DNA of 64,000 nt from an uncultured delta proteobacterium. Its GTDB lineage: Bacteria; Desulfobacterota; Desulfobacteria; Desulfobacterales; UBA2156. How positions within the stretch are numbered: the first letter of the stretch is position 1; each line of letters opens with the position of its first letter. The position numbers were made by a program, and so were the translations under genes. This document shows positions 50,330 through 59,788 of the stretch, piece after piece. The notes beneath the pieces are model-generated. The model was not told the DNA's origin, ran no database searches, and saw only the letters and a list, made by a program, of their open reading frames with translations. The stretch is from the NCBI GenBank assembly GCA_963736855.1, contig CAVTQK010000009.1, positions 619,769 to 683,768 on the forward strand. The letters are read 5' to 3'.

Positions 50330-52474
50330 TTACCCCTTGATCAACAGTTCTCTTTTAAAGGGCAGCTCTCTCAGCCTCACCCCCGTGGCCTTGAATAAAG
50401 CATTGGCCACAGCAGGGGCCACCGATGGGAAAACAGGCTCGCCGACGCCCCCGGGCTTAAGAGTGTTCTTGGCGATATGCACTTCTATTTCCGGCACTTC
50501 AGACATGGTAAGAACAGGGTAATCATCATAATTGGCCGTCTTCACACCGCCGTTTTCAAAACGGACCTTTTCATGAAACGCAACACTCAATCCCATGACG
50601 ACGCCGGCCTCGGACTGGGCCCGGATCGCATCCGGGTAAACGGCAGTGCCGCAGTCCAGGGCGCAGACCATCTTGTGAACGGTGATCTTCCCCTTTTCGT
50701 TTACCGACACCTCCGCCATGTGGGCCGCAAACGACTCAAAACAGGACGTTACGGCCACCCCTCTTGCCCTGCCTTCGGGGACAGGAGTCCCCCAAGCGGC
50801 TTTCTCCGCCAGAAGAGACAGAATGTTATAAGGTCTGCCGTCTTTTTCCATGTGATCAAGGCGGAATTGAACCGGATCCTTTCCGGCGGCATGGGCCAGT
50901 TCATCCATAAAGGATTCGACAGTGAAAGCATTGACGGAGTATCCCACCGACCGCCACCACCCCACGGTTACGGGCGAATTTATCATCACATAGTTCACAA
51001 GCAGGTTCGGGAGAGAATAAGGCATATCCGCGATGCCCGAAACCGCATCCTGATCAATGCCGTCCTTCACATATTGAGGCATCAGCCTGGACATCACGGA
51101 CGGCGCGGCAACTGTATGCGACCAGGCGATTACCCTGCCGTTCTTATCCAATCCAGCCCTTATTTTGCACTGACTTGCCGGACGGAAGCGGTCATTGGCA
51201 AAGTCATCCTCACGACTCCAGATCACTTTGACCGGACGGTTCAGTGTTTTGGAAAGCAAAACCGAATCCTCAACCGGATCCTGTTCCCCGCGCAGGCCGA
51301 AACCGCCGCCGGCCGGCAGGGTCATCACCTCAACCTTTTCAATGGGTAGGCCGGTTAATTTGGATGCCGTGAGTTGGGTAGCGGTCTGCCGCTGGGTCGG
51401 TATCCATACCCTGCAACGCTCTTTTTCCACATGGGCAGTGCAGTTGATCGGCTCGGCCTGGGCGTGAGAGATATAGGGTAACTTGTAGGATTGTTCTATT
51501 GTCTGAGCAGCTTCCGCCAATGCTTTTTTCACATCACCGCCGGTTTTAGCCACTGATGCCGGTTTCTCAAGATGTTCTTTAAATAACGCATCCAGGGTAT
51601 CATCATTCAGGTCCGGATGAGACCCTTTTGACCATCTGATATTGAGAGCATTCCGCCCTTTCATGGCCGCATAGGTCGTTTCCGCGCATACCGCAATCCT
51701 GTTTTTAAGGGGCGCTACTTTGATCACTCCCTTGACCGCCATGGCCGCCTTTTCATCATAGGATCGAAACGAAGCTCCGTAATGGGGCGGGCGGGCGACA
51801 AAGGCAACGCACATGCCGGGTATGGTGAAATCAATACCGAAAACGGTTTTTCCCATTACTTTGTCCGGAATATCCATCCGCTCCCTTTGGGTGCCGATAA
51901 TGCGGTAATCCTTTGGATCCTTCAGGGGCGGATACTCGGGGACCGGTCGTTTCCCGGCGGCTTCCGCTAACTGGCCAAAGGTGAGGCTGCGTCCGTCCGG
52001 ATGAATGACTTTGCCGTCTTTTGAGGCACATTTTTCGGCGGGAATCTTCCACTGCTCCGCCGCGGTTTCAACCAGCATCCGCCGGGCGGCGGCGCCAACC
52101 TTGCGGAGCAAATCCCAGCGATGGCGGATACTGCTGCTGCCGCCGGTCGCCTGCTCATGCCATACAGGGCTTTTAAACGGTTCCGCCGCGAGCGCCATTT
52201 TTACCCGCACTTTTTCCCATGCCGCATCCAGTTCATCCGCGATAATCATGGGAATACCGGTGTGGGTGCCCTGGCCGAGATTTGTCTGGCCCACCCAGAC
52301 CGTGATCGAGTCATCCGCGGCTATCTCCAGAAAAGCGTGGGGTTTGAAAGGGATATCCACGCCGGCCAGCACCGGTGAAACATTGAACAGGCCCACCCTG
52401 CCGGGCAGGGCCGCCGCCGCGATCACAAGGCTGCTTTTCTTCAGGAAATCTCTTCGTGTCATTTGTGTATTCAT
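50330..52474 (-). CDS. molybdopterin oxidoreductase large subunit (IorB-like), Tat signal
   Basis: TRRDFLK, GQG..T, TGGSSS, GGGFG, WWRSVG, GGVGEP. Confidence 0.9.
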   Translation of the reverse strand: MNTQMTRRDFLKKSSLVIAAAALPGRVGLFNVSPVLAGVDIPFKPHAFLEIAADDSITVWVGQTNLGQGTHTGIPMIIADELDAAWEKVRVKMALAAEPFKSPVWHEQATGGSSSIRHRWDLLRKVGAAARRMLVETAAEQWKIPAEKCASKDGKVIHPDGRSLTFGQLAEAAGKRPVPEYPPLKDPKDYRIIGTQRERMDIPDKVMGKTVFGIDFTIPGMCVAFVARPPHYGASFRSYDEKAAMAVKGVIKVAPLKNRIAVCAETTYAAMKGRNALNIRWSKGSHPDLNDDTLDALFKEHLEKPASVAKTGGDVKKALAEAAQTIEQSYKLPYISHAQAEPINCTAHVEKERCRVWIPTQRQTATQLTASKLTGLPIEKVEVMTLPAGGGFGLRGEQDPVEDSVLLSKTLNRPVKVIWSREDDFANDRFRPASQCKIRAGLDKNGRVIAWSHTVAAPSVMSRLMPQYVKDGIDQDAVSGIADMPYSLPNLLVNYVMINSPVTVGWWRSVGYSVNAFTVESFMDELAHAAGKDPVQFRLDHMEKDGRPYNILSLLAEKAAWGTPVPEGRARGVAVTSCFESFAAHMAEVSVNEKGKITVHKMVCALDCGTAVYPDAIRAQSEAGVVMGLSVAFHEKVRFENGGVKTANYDDYPVLTMSEVPEIEVHIAKNTLKPGGVGEPVFPSVAPAVANALFKATGVRLRELPFKRELLIKG

Positions 52475-52477
52475 GGT

Positions 52478-52939
52478 TTACCCTCCCTGCCTCGCGGTCA
52501 TTTCCGCAGCCATTTGAATCGCCTTTTTGATCCGGGGATGCGTGCCGCAACGGCAAATCACATTATCCATAGCATCGTTGATCTGTTCCTCGGTCGGATT
52601 CGGATTCCGTGAGAGAAAATCAACTGTCTGGAGCATGATTCCGGGTTGGCAGTATCCGCACTGGGGAACCTGTTTTTCGATCCAGGCAACCTTTACCGGA
52701 TGATTTTCGGGCAGGCCCTCAATGGTCGTGATCTTGTTTCCAAGCACGTCTTTTACATAAACAACACAGGATCGCTGGGCTTCGCCGTCAATGAGAACCG
52801 TGCACATGCCGCATTCGGCAATGCCGCAGGTGTATTTTACACTCGTAATCCCCAGGTTGTCTCGCAGAACCCACAACAGAGGGGTGTCCGGGTCCTCATC
52901 GACCTGCCTATTTATCCCGTTCACGTTTAATACAATCAT
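52478..52939 (-). CDS. [2Fe-2S] small subunit (IorA-like)
   Basis: PLLWVLRD, CGIAECGMCTV, QCGYCQPG, CRCGT. Confidence 0.92.
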   Translation of the reverse strand: MIVLNVNGINRQVDEDPDTPLLWVLRDNLGITSVKYTCGIAECGMCTVLIDGEAQRSCVVYVKDVLGNKITTIEGLPENHPVKVAWIEKQVPQCGYCQPGIMLQTVDFLSRNPNPTEEQINDAMDNVICRCGTHPRIKKAIQMAAEMTARQGG

Positions 52940-53064
52940 GTTTCCTCCTTGATGTGGTGATTATTTCCTTTTTTAACAAATCCGACTTGTTACCTTATGC
53001 CGGAAGCAGATATTTCATTTGTTTTGCTGAATATCCACTAATTGTAACTGTAATATTTATCAGT

Positions 53065-53202
53065 GGATAATGGCGAGCTGAGCGGCCGGCCGGTGAGCCG
53101 AGTTGCGCCGCAGGCGCGATGAAGGCGAAATCCGGCGGCGGGCCGAGGCGCTCGTGGCAATCGCAGGACGTAGCCGCCGTCCGGTTGAGCGCCTCGTTAG
53201 CG
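53065..53202 (-). other. long attC site with R' = ATT
   Basis: minus strand CGCTAAC-GAGGC-GCTCAACC...GCTCAGC-TCGCC-ATTATCC. Confidence 0.7.
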
Positions 53203-54108
53203 TTCATCATTCCACCCCTGCTTCTTAGCTTTAGATAGGCATTCTTTCGCCCGCCTATATCCCAATTCAATCATCTCGGATGCCCGGTCAAACTCTAATG
53301 TATGACACGCGTTCCTGGCAATTTCTATGACTATGTCCGGCGGGTAAGCGGCAAGCTTTTGGCGCGCGATGGTACTCTGCATAGTCTCAAACGCCTGAAT
53401 GGCGATATCGTACGCCCCCCAATCTCCACTGCCCCTGCTTGTCACGGATTGTTGGAGTTGATTTATGAAGCGATTGATCCTTTCACGTAACGGAGATGAA
53501 GGGGACGCTGGAGCAGCACTCAAGGTGCTCCGCTCTTCCGGATTCTGTGCGGGGCCCCCCAGATTTACGGCAATAGTAATGTCGGTTTCATCACCAAACG
53601 TTGGCGCAATAGGCACAGGATTTAAAACCCCTCCATCAACAAGATCTCCCCCTTTGTACTTGAAGGGAGTAAAGAGAAGCGGTATTGCGAAAGACGCTCT
53701 CATAGCATCAAAGAGACTACCCGACTTTATCCATATTTCCTTCTGGCCTTTTATATCGGTCGCAACAGCCGTATATGCAAAGGGGAGATCTTCGATTAAT
53801 TGCTCTCCTACTAGCTTGATAAGGGTGTTGATGATTTTGTCGCCTCTTACTAGTCCGCTCTTTTCCCATGAAAGATCCAGTAGAGTGACTATGTCAACTT
53901 TCGTGATGGAACGCACCCATTGCTCATATACATCTAGTTTTCCGGCAGCATATATTCCCCCTATGACTGCACCGATTGAGCAACCGACTATTGATCGTAT
54001 TTCATAATTGTTTTCTTCAAGCCAATGAATTACGCCAATATGTGCTAAACCTCGAGCGCCGCCACTCCCAAGAACTAGAGATACAGTTTTCATATTCGTT
54101 ATTGCCAT
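53197..54108 (-). CDS. patatin-like phospholipase
   Basis: GSGGARGLAHIG, GCSIG, DGG. Confidence 0.92.
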   Translation of the reverse strand: MAITNMKTVSLVLGSGGARGLAHIGVIHWLEENNYEIRSIVGCSIGAVIGGIYAAGKLDVYEQWVRSITKVDIVTLLDLSWEKSGLVRGDKIINTLIKLVGEQLIEDLPFAYTAVATDIKGQKEIWIKSGSLFDAMRASFAIPLLFTPFKYKGGDLVDGGVLNPVPIAPTFGDETDITIAVNLGGPAQNPEERSTLSAAPASPSSPLRERINRFINQLQQSVTSRGSGDWGAYDIAIQAFETMQSTIARQKLAAYPPDIVIEIARNACHTLEFDRASEMIELGYRRAKECLSKAKKQGWNDER

Positions 54109-54134
54109 AATCTCAGCGAATGCCTTTCCTGAGA

Positions 54135-54221
54135 CGCTAACGCCAAGCTAAGCAGGCGGCGCCCGGTGTTTCCTATGAAAAGCCGAAAGTAATTCCGCTC
54201 TGCTTAAGCGACATGTTGGGC
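54135..54221 (-). other. attC site
   Basis: minus strand GCCCAAC-ATGTC-GCTTAAGC...GCTTAGC-TTGGC-GTTAGCG. Confidence 0.9.
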
Positions 54222-54529
54222 CGATGAACTGTCTACTTGCATAGCTTCCACATGCAATTTTAAGCCGAGTGCACTTATAACCTTTAGGATTGTGTCGAAA
54301 TTTGGAGTTCGTTCCCCAGAGAGTGCTTTGTAAAGACTTTCCGGGAAAGGCCGGCATCACGAGCCACTTGTGACATGCCTTTAGCGCGCGCGATATCGCC
54401 CAAAGCTTTTGCAATAAATGCAGCATCACCATGTGCCTCTTCAAGGCAAGCTTCAAGGTAAGCTGCCATTTCTTCCGGGGTGCGAAGATGTTCAGCGACA
54501 TCATATCGTGTGGTGATAGTTTTTGTCAT
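54204..54529 (-). pseudogene. addiction module antidote, frameshifted
   Basis: paralog of 48697-49047; frame breaks after GLSR near 54340. Confidence 0.8.
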
Positions 54530-54538
54530 AATAGACTC

Positions 54539-54830
54539 CTATAAATTCTGCGCAAGTCGAAGGGCTATTTTGATATCTTTGGCTTGGGTATGTTTATCGC
54601 CGCCAGCCAACAATATTATCACCTTTTGCCTTTGTTTTTTTGTAATAAACCCGGTATCCGGGACCATAATCGATCCGCAGTTCTGAAACGCCTTCACCCA
54701 CATCCTTAACATCCCCGGGATTTCCGGAAGCAAGCCTTTCGATTCGAGCAAGAATGCGGGCGCGTGCACGAATGTCATGCAACCCATCAATCCATTTGGA
54801 AAATATTTCAGTCTTGCGAATTTCGATCAT
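54539..54830 (-). pseudogene. addiction module killer, frameshifted
   Basis: GVSELRIDYGPGYRVYY and LLAGGDK lie in different frames across a T-run near 54635. Confidence 0.8.
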
Positions 54831-54836
54831 GGCTAT

Positions 54837-54865
54837 AATGTATCCAGTGGGCTACATAATGTCAA
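54837..54865 (-). promoter_or_regulatory. TA promoter with operator
   Basis: TTGACA-17 nt-TACATT-6 nt-ATG; ATGTAGCC..GGATACAT inverted repeat. Confidence 0.75.
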
Positions 54866-54891
54866 TACCTATTGTGCAGCATGAGGGTGGA

Positions 54892-54964
54892 GGCCAACGT
54901 ATGCCTCACCGGTGGTCGGAAGCCAAAGGCTGACCGGCCATCCTTGTGCAGGCGATGGTTAGAT
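54892..54964 (-). other. attC site
   Basis: plus strand GGCCAAC GTAT GCCTCAC...GTGCAGGC GATG GTTAGAT. Confidence 0.8.
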
Positions 54965-55219
54965 TTCGCCTTTATAGACTTCTTTGCGATCACCGACTCT
55001 GAGGATGAGTATGTCAGCGCCAAGGATGGCATATATCACCCTATAGTCACCTATGCGGTACTTGCGAAGTCCGGCAAACTGCCCCTTGAGTACTGGGTTC
55101 GCCTCTGGCTTTTTGATCAGTTCGGTCTCTATCAAATCGAGGATTCGCTTTGCCTCTGGCTTGGACAACTTCTTGAGGTCTCGATGTACTGATTTCTTAT
55201 AGACGATGTTATAGGCCAA
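54959..55219 (-). CDS. RelE/ParE-family toxin
   Basis: LKGQFAGLRKYRIGDYRVIY...VGDRKEVY. Confidence 0.9.
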   Translation of the reverse strand: MAYNIVYKKSVHRDLKKLSKPEAKRILDLIETELIKKPEANPVLKGQFAGLRKYRIGDYRVIYAILGADILILRVGDRKEVYKGEI

Positions 55220-55427
55220 GAGACTTCCTCATCTCCTTGGCGGAAATGAGTTCATCGCCCTTATCATGAAGTCGATCAAGAGCGATCTGAAGGTCGGCGA
55301 AGTCTTCGACGTACAACTCCAACGCTTTCTGGATGATGAAGGATCGTGGTCTCTCTGTCTCTTTGGCTATGCTGTCAAGTTGTGTTGCGAGATCTTTCGG
55401 AAGCCGTACCGATATGGCTGTACTCAT
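55209..55427 (-). CDS. RHH antitoxin
   Basis: ISVRLP..L...LD.IA....RPRS.II..AL. Confidence 0.85.
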   Translation of the reverse strand: MSTAISVRLPKDLATQLDSIAKETERPRSFIIQKALELYVEDFADLQIALDRLHDKGDELISAKEMRKSLGL

Positions 55428-55455
55428 GTGACACCTCCTGTCATTGCTGTATCAC

Positions 55456-55484
55456 AATGTATGCAAGAGCGCATCGTTTGTCAA
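55456..55484 (-). promoter_or_regulatory. TA promoter
   Basis: TTGACA-17 nt-TACATT, GGAGG RBS downstream. Confidence 0.7.
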
Positions 55485-55498
55485 GTCTCTGTTTCGAA

Positions 55499-55522
55499 AT
55501 CTAACATTTAGTTGAGCGGCGA
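55499..55522 (-). other. half attC abutting the IS91-like remnant
   Basis: plus strand ATCTAAC ATTTA GTTGAGC. Confidence 0.5.
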
Positions 55523-56085
55523 CTGAGCCGCTGACGCGGCAGGTTTTTTTGCGATTCGTTGCGAGCAGTATGGAGGCATGGTAGACCCCTCGGTGTCCGC
55601 CCGGACACAACCCAAACCCTTAAGGAGGTCTACCATGAGCATTCTACGCGAACGCATGATTCAGGACATGCAGCTTCGAGGCTTTTCGCCCCGGACCCAA
55701 CAATCCTACGCGCGAGCAGTCCGTAAGCTGGCTCAACACTATCACAAATCCCCGGATCTCGTCACGGATGAGGAACTGCGCTAATATTTCCACTACCTCA
55801 TCCCAGGGGGCGGATTGGCCGGCCGAACGTGGCGACCGGCCAGAGCCGGCCACCTGCTGCCTGAAAAACCTCTGGCTCGGATCTTTCGGGCCAAGTTCCG
55901 GGACCTGCTCCAAAAGGGGCGCCTGATTGAGCAAATCCCCAGCAAAATCTGGCGCCAAGATTGGGTCGTGGACATCATCCCGGTCGGAAACGGCCATGCG
56001 GCTTTTAAGTACCTATCCCCCTATATCTTCCGCACGGCCATCAGCAACCGCAACATCCTCGCTCTGAAAAACGGCCAAGTCACAT
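55523..56085 (+). mobile_element. deleted remnant of a tyrosine recombinase + IS91-like transposase element
   Basis: left hairpin GAGCCGCTGACGCGGCAG; MSILRERMIQDMQLRG..RTQQSY (integrase N-terminus) joined to HYLIPGGG...KYLSPYIFR. Confidence 0.8.
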
Positions 56086-56303
56086 TGGCCTGAGCTGATA
56101 TCGTTTAACCCAATTATCTCACCTCCAGAATATGCTTTTAGTCTGTTAGGAATATGATTATTTAAGAAATTTCGAAAAATCGCTTCTCTGTTTGAACCAA
56201 TATCACCTCGATGATTACCGCTTCTAACCAAATTACTCTCAATGGATAATTTTTTTGAAAGATTATTGAAATATGTTTTGATTCTATTCATCACAATATT
56301 CAT
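56078..56303 (-). pseudogene. N-terminal fragment of a DUF6602-like protein
   Basis: H.GDIGSNRE...FL..HIP...SGQCD, cut by the IS91-like remnant. Confidence 0.55.
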
Positions 56304-56312
56304 TCAGCTTAG

Positions 56313-56371
56313 GCATAACGCTCTGCGTCATCCGCGAGCGAAGCGAGTCGGACTGAATGCGACTGTTCGCT
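56313..56371 (-). other. attC site
   Basis: plus strand GCATAAC..GCGTCATCCG...CGGACTGAATGC GACT GTTCGCT. Confidence 0.75.
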
Positions 56372-56652
56372 CATCTCTTTTTCAGATATTTCTTTAAATC
56401 TCTGTAATAATTTTGATGAGGGCCAATCATTATCAGCTCAAGTTGTTCTTCGTTGAAACGGTAAGCTAAAAGGTACTGAATGGTTTTAATTTTAAATTTA
56501 TGCACATATACTTCCCTCAGGTCACCTTTTTTTTCATCACCGATATCTGGATTTTCGAGTATTAACTTGATCTGCTCATCAAGAGCCATTTTCTGAGCTT
56601 GATTAAACTGTTTCACCCGTTGTTCGAAAGATCGAGATTGAATAATTTTCAT
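56371..56652 (-). CDS. RelE/ParE-family toxin
   Basis: NPDIG..KKGDL..VYVHKFK...LLAY...GPHQNYYRDLK. Confidence 0.88.
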   Translation of the reverse strand: MKIIQSRSFEQRVKQFNQAQKMALDEQIKLILENPDIGDEKKGDLREVYVHKFKIKTIQYLLAYRFNEEQLELIMIGPHQNYYRDLKKYLKKR

Positions 56653-56655
56653 CCG

Positions 56656-56877
56656 TCATTTTCCAAATTTGTATTCGGAGTATTCACCCTGCTCTAATTC
56701 GGTAAGACCAATGAATATTTCCTTGATTAAGCTGAATGTAAGGTCGGGGTTTTCCTCGGCGCATTTCCCAATCATGGCCCAATATTCGATTTGACCTGTC
56801 ACTGACCTTTTATCGATTTTACTATAAATTTTAGCCTGTTTGACCAAATCCTCAGACACCCTGACTGCTGTGGTCAT
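56656..56877 (-). CDS. ParD-like antitoxin
   Basis: AVRVSEDL...RSVTGQIEYWA.IGK.AEENPDL. Confidence 0.85.
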   Translation of the reverse strand: MTTAVRVSEDLVKQAKIYSKIDKRSVTGQIEYWAMIGKCAEENPDLTFSLIKEIFIGLTELEQGEYSEYKFGK

Positions 56878-56956
56878 ATTTGCACCTCCAATTATTTGTT
56901 GTAAATGTACAACATATAGTCGCAAAATGCAACACAAAATTGGCATTGGCTTCAGA

Positions 56957-57027
56957 AACGAACGTGGAAGCTCAGCCGACGGCAAAAAGCGTAGCCTTTT
57001 AACGGTCGGCTGAGCGGATTGTTGGGC
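56957..57027 (-). other. attC site
   Basis: plus strand AACGAAC..GCTCAGCCGAC...GTCGGCTGAGC GGATT GTTGGGC. Confidence 0.8.
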
Positions 57028-57043
57028 ATCAGCGCCCAAAGGT

Positions 57044-57436
57044 TCATTCACGCGCGAAAGCCCGTGGCAGGCAGGCGCCCTCGCTGATACGGAACGACTT
57101 CAGCGGAACCGGATTGCTCGGCTTAGCCTTCAGATTGAGCGCCATAAGCGCCGCCAGCAGTTCCGGGCTCTGATAGGACCAATCCTGAAACCAGCCGTGG
57201 TTGGCCAAGCGGTACTGGAATCGGTCGTCGTGCCGCTGCACGTCCACGTAAGCGCCCGGGTCGTTAGGGGTTCCCGGGAAATACTGGTCGTAGAACGAAA
57301 GCTCGTGCGCGTGCGGCAACCAAAGCAGCAGGCGCAGGAAATCCGCCTCACCAATATCCAGCCCAACGGCAACTTCCGCATCGTTACCTTGGAGTTTGGT
57401 GATCGTGAGACCGGAGATAGCTGGCAACTCGATCAT
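57044..57436 (-). CDS. hypothetical protein
   Basis: 130 aa GC-rich ORF with a GAGGG RBS, inside a cassette. Confidence 0.6.
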   Translation of the reverse strand: MIELPAISGLTITKLQGNDAEVAVGLDIGEADFLRLLLWLPHAHELSFYDQYFPGTPNDPGAYVDVQRHDDRFQYRLANHGWFQDWSYQSPELLAALMALNLKAKPSNPVPLKSFRISEGACLPRAFARE

Positions 57437-57441
57437 ATGGC

Positions 57442-57780
57442 TCAGCCCTCGCGACTGTCGAAGGGCTCGAAGTTCCGATCGGCGAACGCCGCAGTGAGTA
57501 TTCCCGAACTGCAAAGCCACTCGACCGCGGCCGCAAGGCCGAGTCCTGCGACATGAATATTCTCGCTATTGCGCGGCAAGACGTAGATACGCTCACGCTC
57601 GCCCGGATGGACGATAATCTCGTCGCCGTCGAAGGTGTCTCCGATGATCACGGATTCAAGCGCCTGCGCCTTCGTCAGGACATCTCGGCCCGGATCCCAG
57701 AACCAGTATTCGTCAATTCGCTTGCGCCATTCTGCGAGATTGTTATCGCCGCTTAGTATGCGCCGCGGCGGATAGACTAT
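57442..57780 (-). pseudogene. C-terminal part of a possible SMI1/KNR4-like protein
   Basis: VYPP.RI...YWFW...IIGDTFDGDEI...IYVLPR; no start codon inside the cassette. Confidence 0.45.
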
Positions 57781-57795
57781 GCCCCTTCCTTTGAC

Positions 57796-57860
57796 GCCCA
57801 ACGCCCGGTTACACAGGGCGCGGCGATTTATCAGCGCTCCTGTGCAAACCGATGTTAAAG
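57796..57860 (-). other. attC site
   Basis: plus strand GCCCAAC..CGGTTACACAGG...CCTGTGCAAACCG AT GTTAAAG. Confidence 0.8.
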
Positions 57861-58193
57861 ACCGATTTCCTTCTTTATTGCGTCCACACACAATTTATTG
57901 AGGCTTTGTCCTTTTTTAATGGCGGTGATTGCAATCTGCTCATGCAGATCTCTTCCTAATCTTAAATTGAATTTTCCGGAATATCCTTTTTTAGCTGTAG
58001 ATGGCGGAAGCTTTTCTCCATCCTGCTCATAAATATCTATCCATTCCTCAATAACATGGCAAAGCTCTTCATAAACTTTAATTTCATCTTTTCCATGAAC
58101 ACCCCCTAACATCAAACCGGGGGCACGCCCGATATAACAGTGATCTTTCTCAGACCACTCAACAATTTTTAAATAACGATCACTTTTTTTCAT
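57855..58193 (-). CDS. hicB: HicB-family antitoxin
   Basis: VEWSEKD.CYIG..P...YSGKFNLR...LH. Confidence 0.88.
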   Translation of the reverse strand: MKKSDRYLKIVEWSEKDHCYIGRAPGLMLGGVHGKDEIKVYEELCHVIEEWIDIYEQDGEKLPPSTAKKGYSGKFNLRLGRDLHEQIAITAIKKGQSLNKLCVDAIKKEIGL

Positions 58194-58383
58194 CTTTAAT
58201 CCTTTCCAATGCCTTTTTAACATCAGCCTCTTGATAAGGCTTTGCGTCATTGCCTGGTTTGCCGCTGATCGTGATATTAACGCCTTTGGGATGCTTATAA
58301 TTTCTATGACTTCCCTTTCCACCACGATCTATGAAACCAGCAGATTCTAATTTTTTTATTAATTCTTTAATTTTAGGAGGCAT
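58180..58383 (-). CDS. hicA: HicA-family toxin
   Basis: L..AGF..RGGKGSHR..KHP. Confidence 0.9.
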   Translation of the reverse strand: MPPKIKELIKKLESAGFIDRGGKGSHRNYKHPKGVNITISGKPGNDAKPYQEADVKKALERIKDEKK

Positions 58384-58389
58384 AATTGA

Positions 58390-58418
58390 ATGGTATCACA
58401 ATGGTACTGGATTATCAA
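58390..58418 (-). promoter_or_regulatory. hicAB promoter
   Basis: TTGATA-17 nt-TACCAT-6 nt-ATG. Confidence 0.65.
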
Positions 58419-58452
58419 TGATATTTTTTAATGCAAGCATGTATCTTTTGGT

Positions 58453-58583
58453 CTTTAACGTCGAATTAAGTTGCGGGCAGGGTGTACGGAAGTGAAAGCA
58501 CCGAAAGACTATCAGAAACCATGAACGTATTTATAGAAAAACCCGTCCGACCCTGCCCGTCAATCTTGAATGTAATGTTAGCC
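58453..58583 (-). other. long attC site
   Basis: plus strand CTTTAAC..ATTAAGTTGCGGGCAGGGT...ACCCTGCCCGTCAATCTTGAAT..GTTAGCC. Confidence 0.85.
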
Positions 58584-58597
58584 CGCTTTGCAAGCCC

Positions 58598-59503
58598 TCA
58601 AATATTTTTCGCGTTTTCTGTTGCAATCAACACATTCCGATGAAATATCTCATACGGAATACCTGTATTAAGTTTGCCAAACACTTCTCTGTAACCTTCT
58701 TCCGTTTGCTCAATAAGATTAGGCAAGTAGAAAAGCTTTCCCCAAGTCTCCATTTTTTCTTGAAAAGACCTGCCCAGCTTTGTTGCTAAGGGACGATCGA
58801 GATGTTTCTTGTTCCACGGGCAGGCGTGTTGACAGATCTCACAATCACCCACTCTGTTCCCCATTACTAATCGTGCTTTCTCCAGTAAATCTTCAGATTG
58901 CAATAGGTAGGAAAGACACTTGCTCACATTCAATACATACGGTTGATCAAGTGCGAGCAACGGGCAAGCTGACTGGCAATTGTCGCATTTGCCACAGTGG
59001 TTAGGTTCTTCTTCTTTATTATGCTCAAGATCGGCATCGGTTACAATCCCGCCAAGGGCAAGAAAAGTCCCATATTTTTTGGAGATCAGCAATGAATGCT
59101 TCCCCTGCCATCCTAAGCCCGCCCTTATTGCCGCCAGCTTTAACGGGAGGATGGAGCCCTTACTCGTTTTGCTCTCACATACAATTGCTTGGTATCCTTC
59201 CTTTTTCAAGAAAGCAACGATGGGTTGTAATGGTTTCACTACATCAAGAAAAAATCCTGAGAGGTAGAGCCGGCTTGTTCGTCCATACCGGGTATCTGAC
59301 CACGCTGGGAGCGTTAATCCTCCAATGTAGATACCCGCAACAATAATTGTTTTTGCATCTGCCAAAGACAGTTTGGGATTTCGTCGTTTAGAGTGATTTA
59401 GGGCATACCCTTTGAACTTAGACGCCTCAGTGAAGCCCAAAACATCAATTCCTGTAGAATCTGCCAAAAGCTTGATTTCTTTGGATAGGAAGGTTTCTGC
59501 CAT
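58598..59503 (-). CDS. QueG-like (epoxyqueuosine reductase family) Fe-S protein
   Basis: AGLGWQGK.SL.IS..YG, CGKCDNCQSACP, DCEICQHACPWN. Confidence 0.82.
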   Translation of the reverse strand: MAETFLSKEIKLLADSTGIDVLGFTEASKFKGYALNHSKRRNPKLSLADAKTIIVAGIYIGGLTLPAWSDTRYGRTSRLYLSGFFLDVVKPLQPIVAFLKKEGYQAIVCESKTSKGSILPLKLAAIRAGLGWQGKHSLLISKKYGTFLALGGIVTDADLEHNKEEEPNHCGKCDNCQSACPLLALDQPYVLNVSKCLSYLLQSEDLLEKARLVMGNRVGDCEICQHACPWNKKHLDRPLATKLGRSFQEKMETWGKLFYLPNLIEQTEEGYREVFGKLNTGIPYEIFHRNVLIATENAKNI

Positions 59504-59542
59504 CTTTTTATAACTCACCTTCTTCTGAACTCTCACACGGGT

Positions 59543-59595
59543 TAACAACGCGACGCATCAGCGGCGCGGCTTGTCCGCGTCCGCTGCATGCGATT
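59543..59595 (-). other. attC split by the IS110-family element (R'' displaced to 61484-61490)
   Basis: plus strand TAACAAC..GCATCAGCGG...CCGCTGCATGCGATT [IS] GTTAGGC. Confidence 0.85.
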
Positions 59596-59788
59596 GATAC
59601 TAGTTATGGCCTTCCTAAAAAAGGGAGGCGGCGAATGATAGACCGCAGTACGTTTTCTGTGCTCCGACGAGCTTATTAAGGGCCCATTCTCGCACAGAAA
59701 ACGCCCTGCGGGTTGCCCCCTTTCGCTTATGACGGTAAACTGATGTCACCCCTGACATTCACCTACCCAAGAAAAAGGAGGCCAAACA

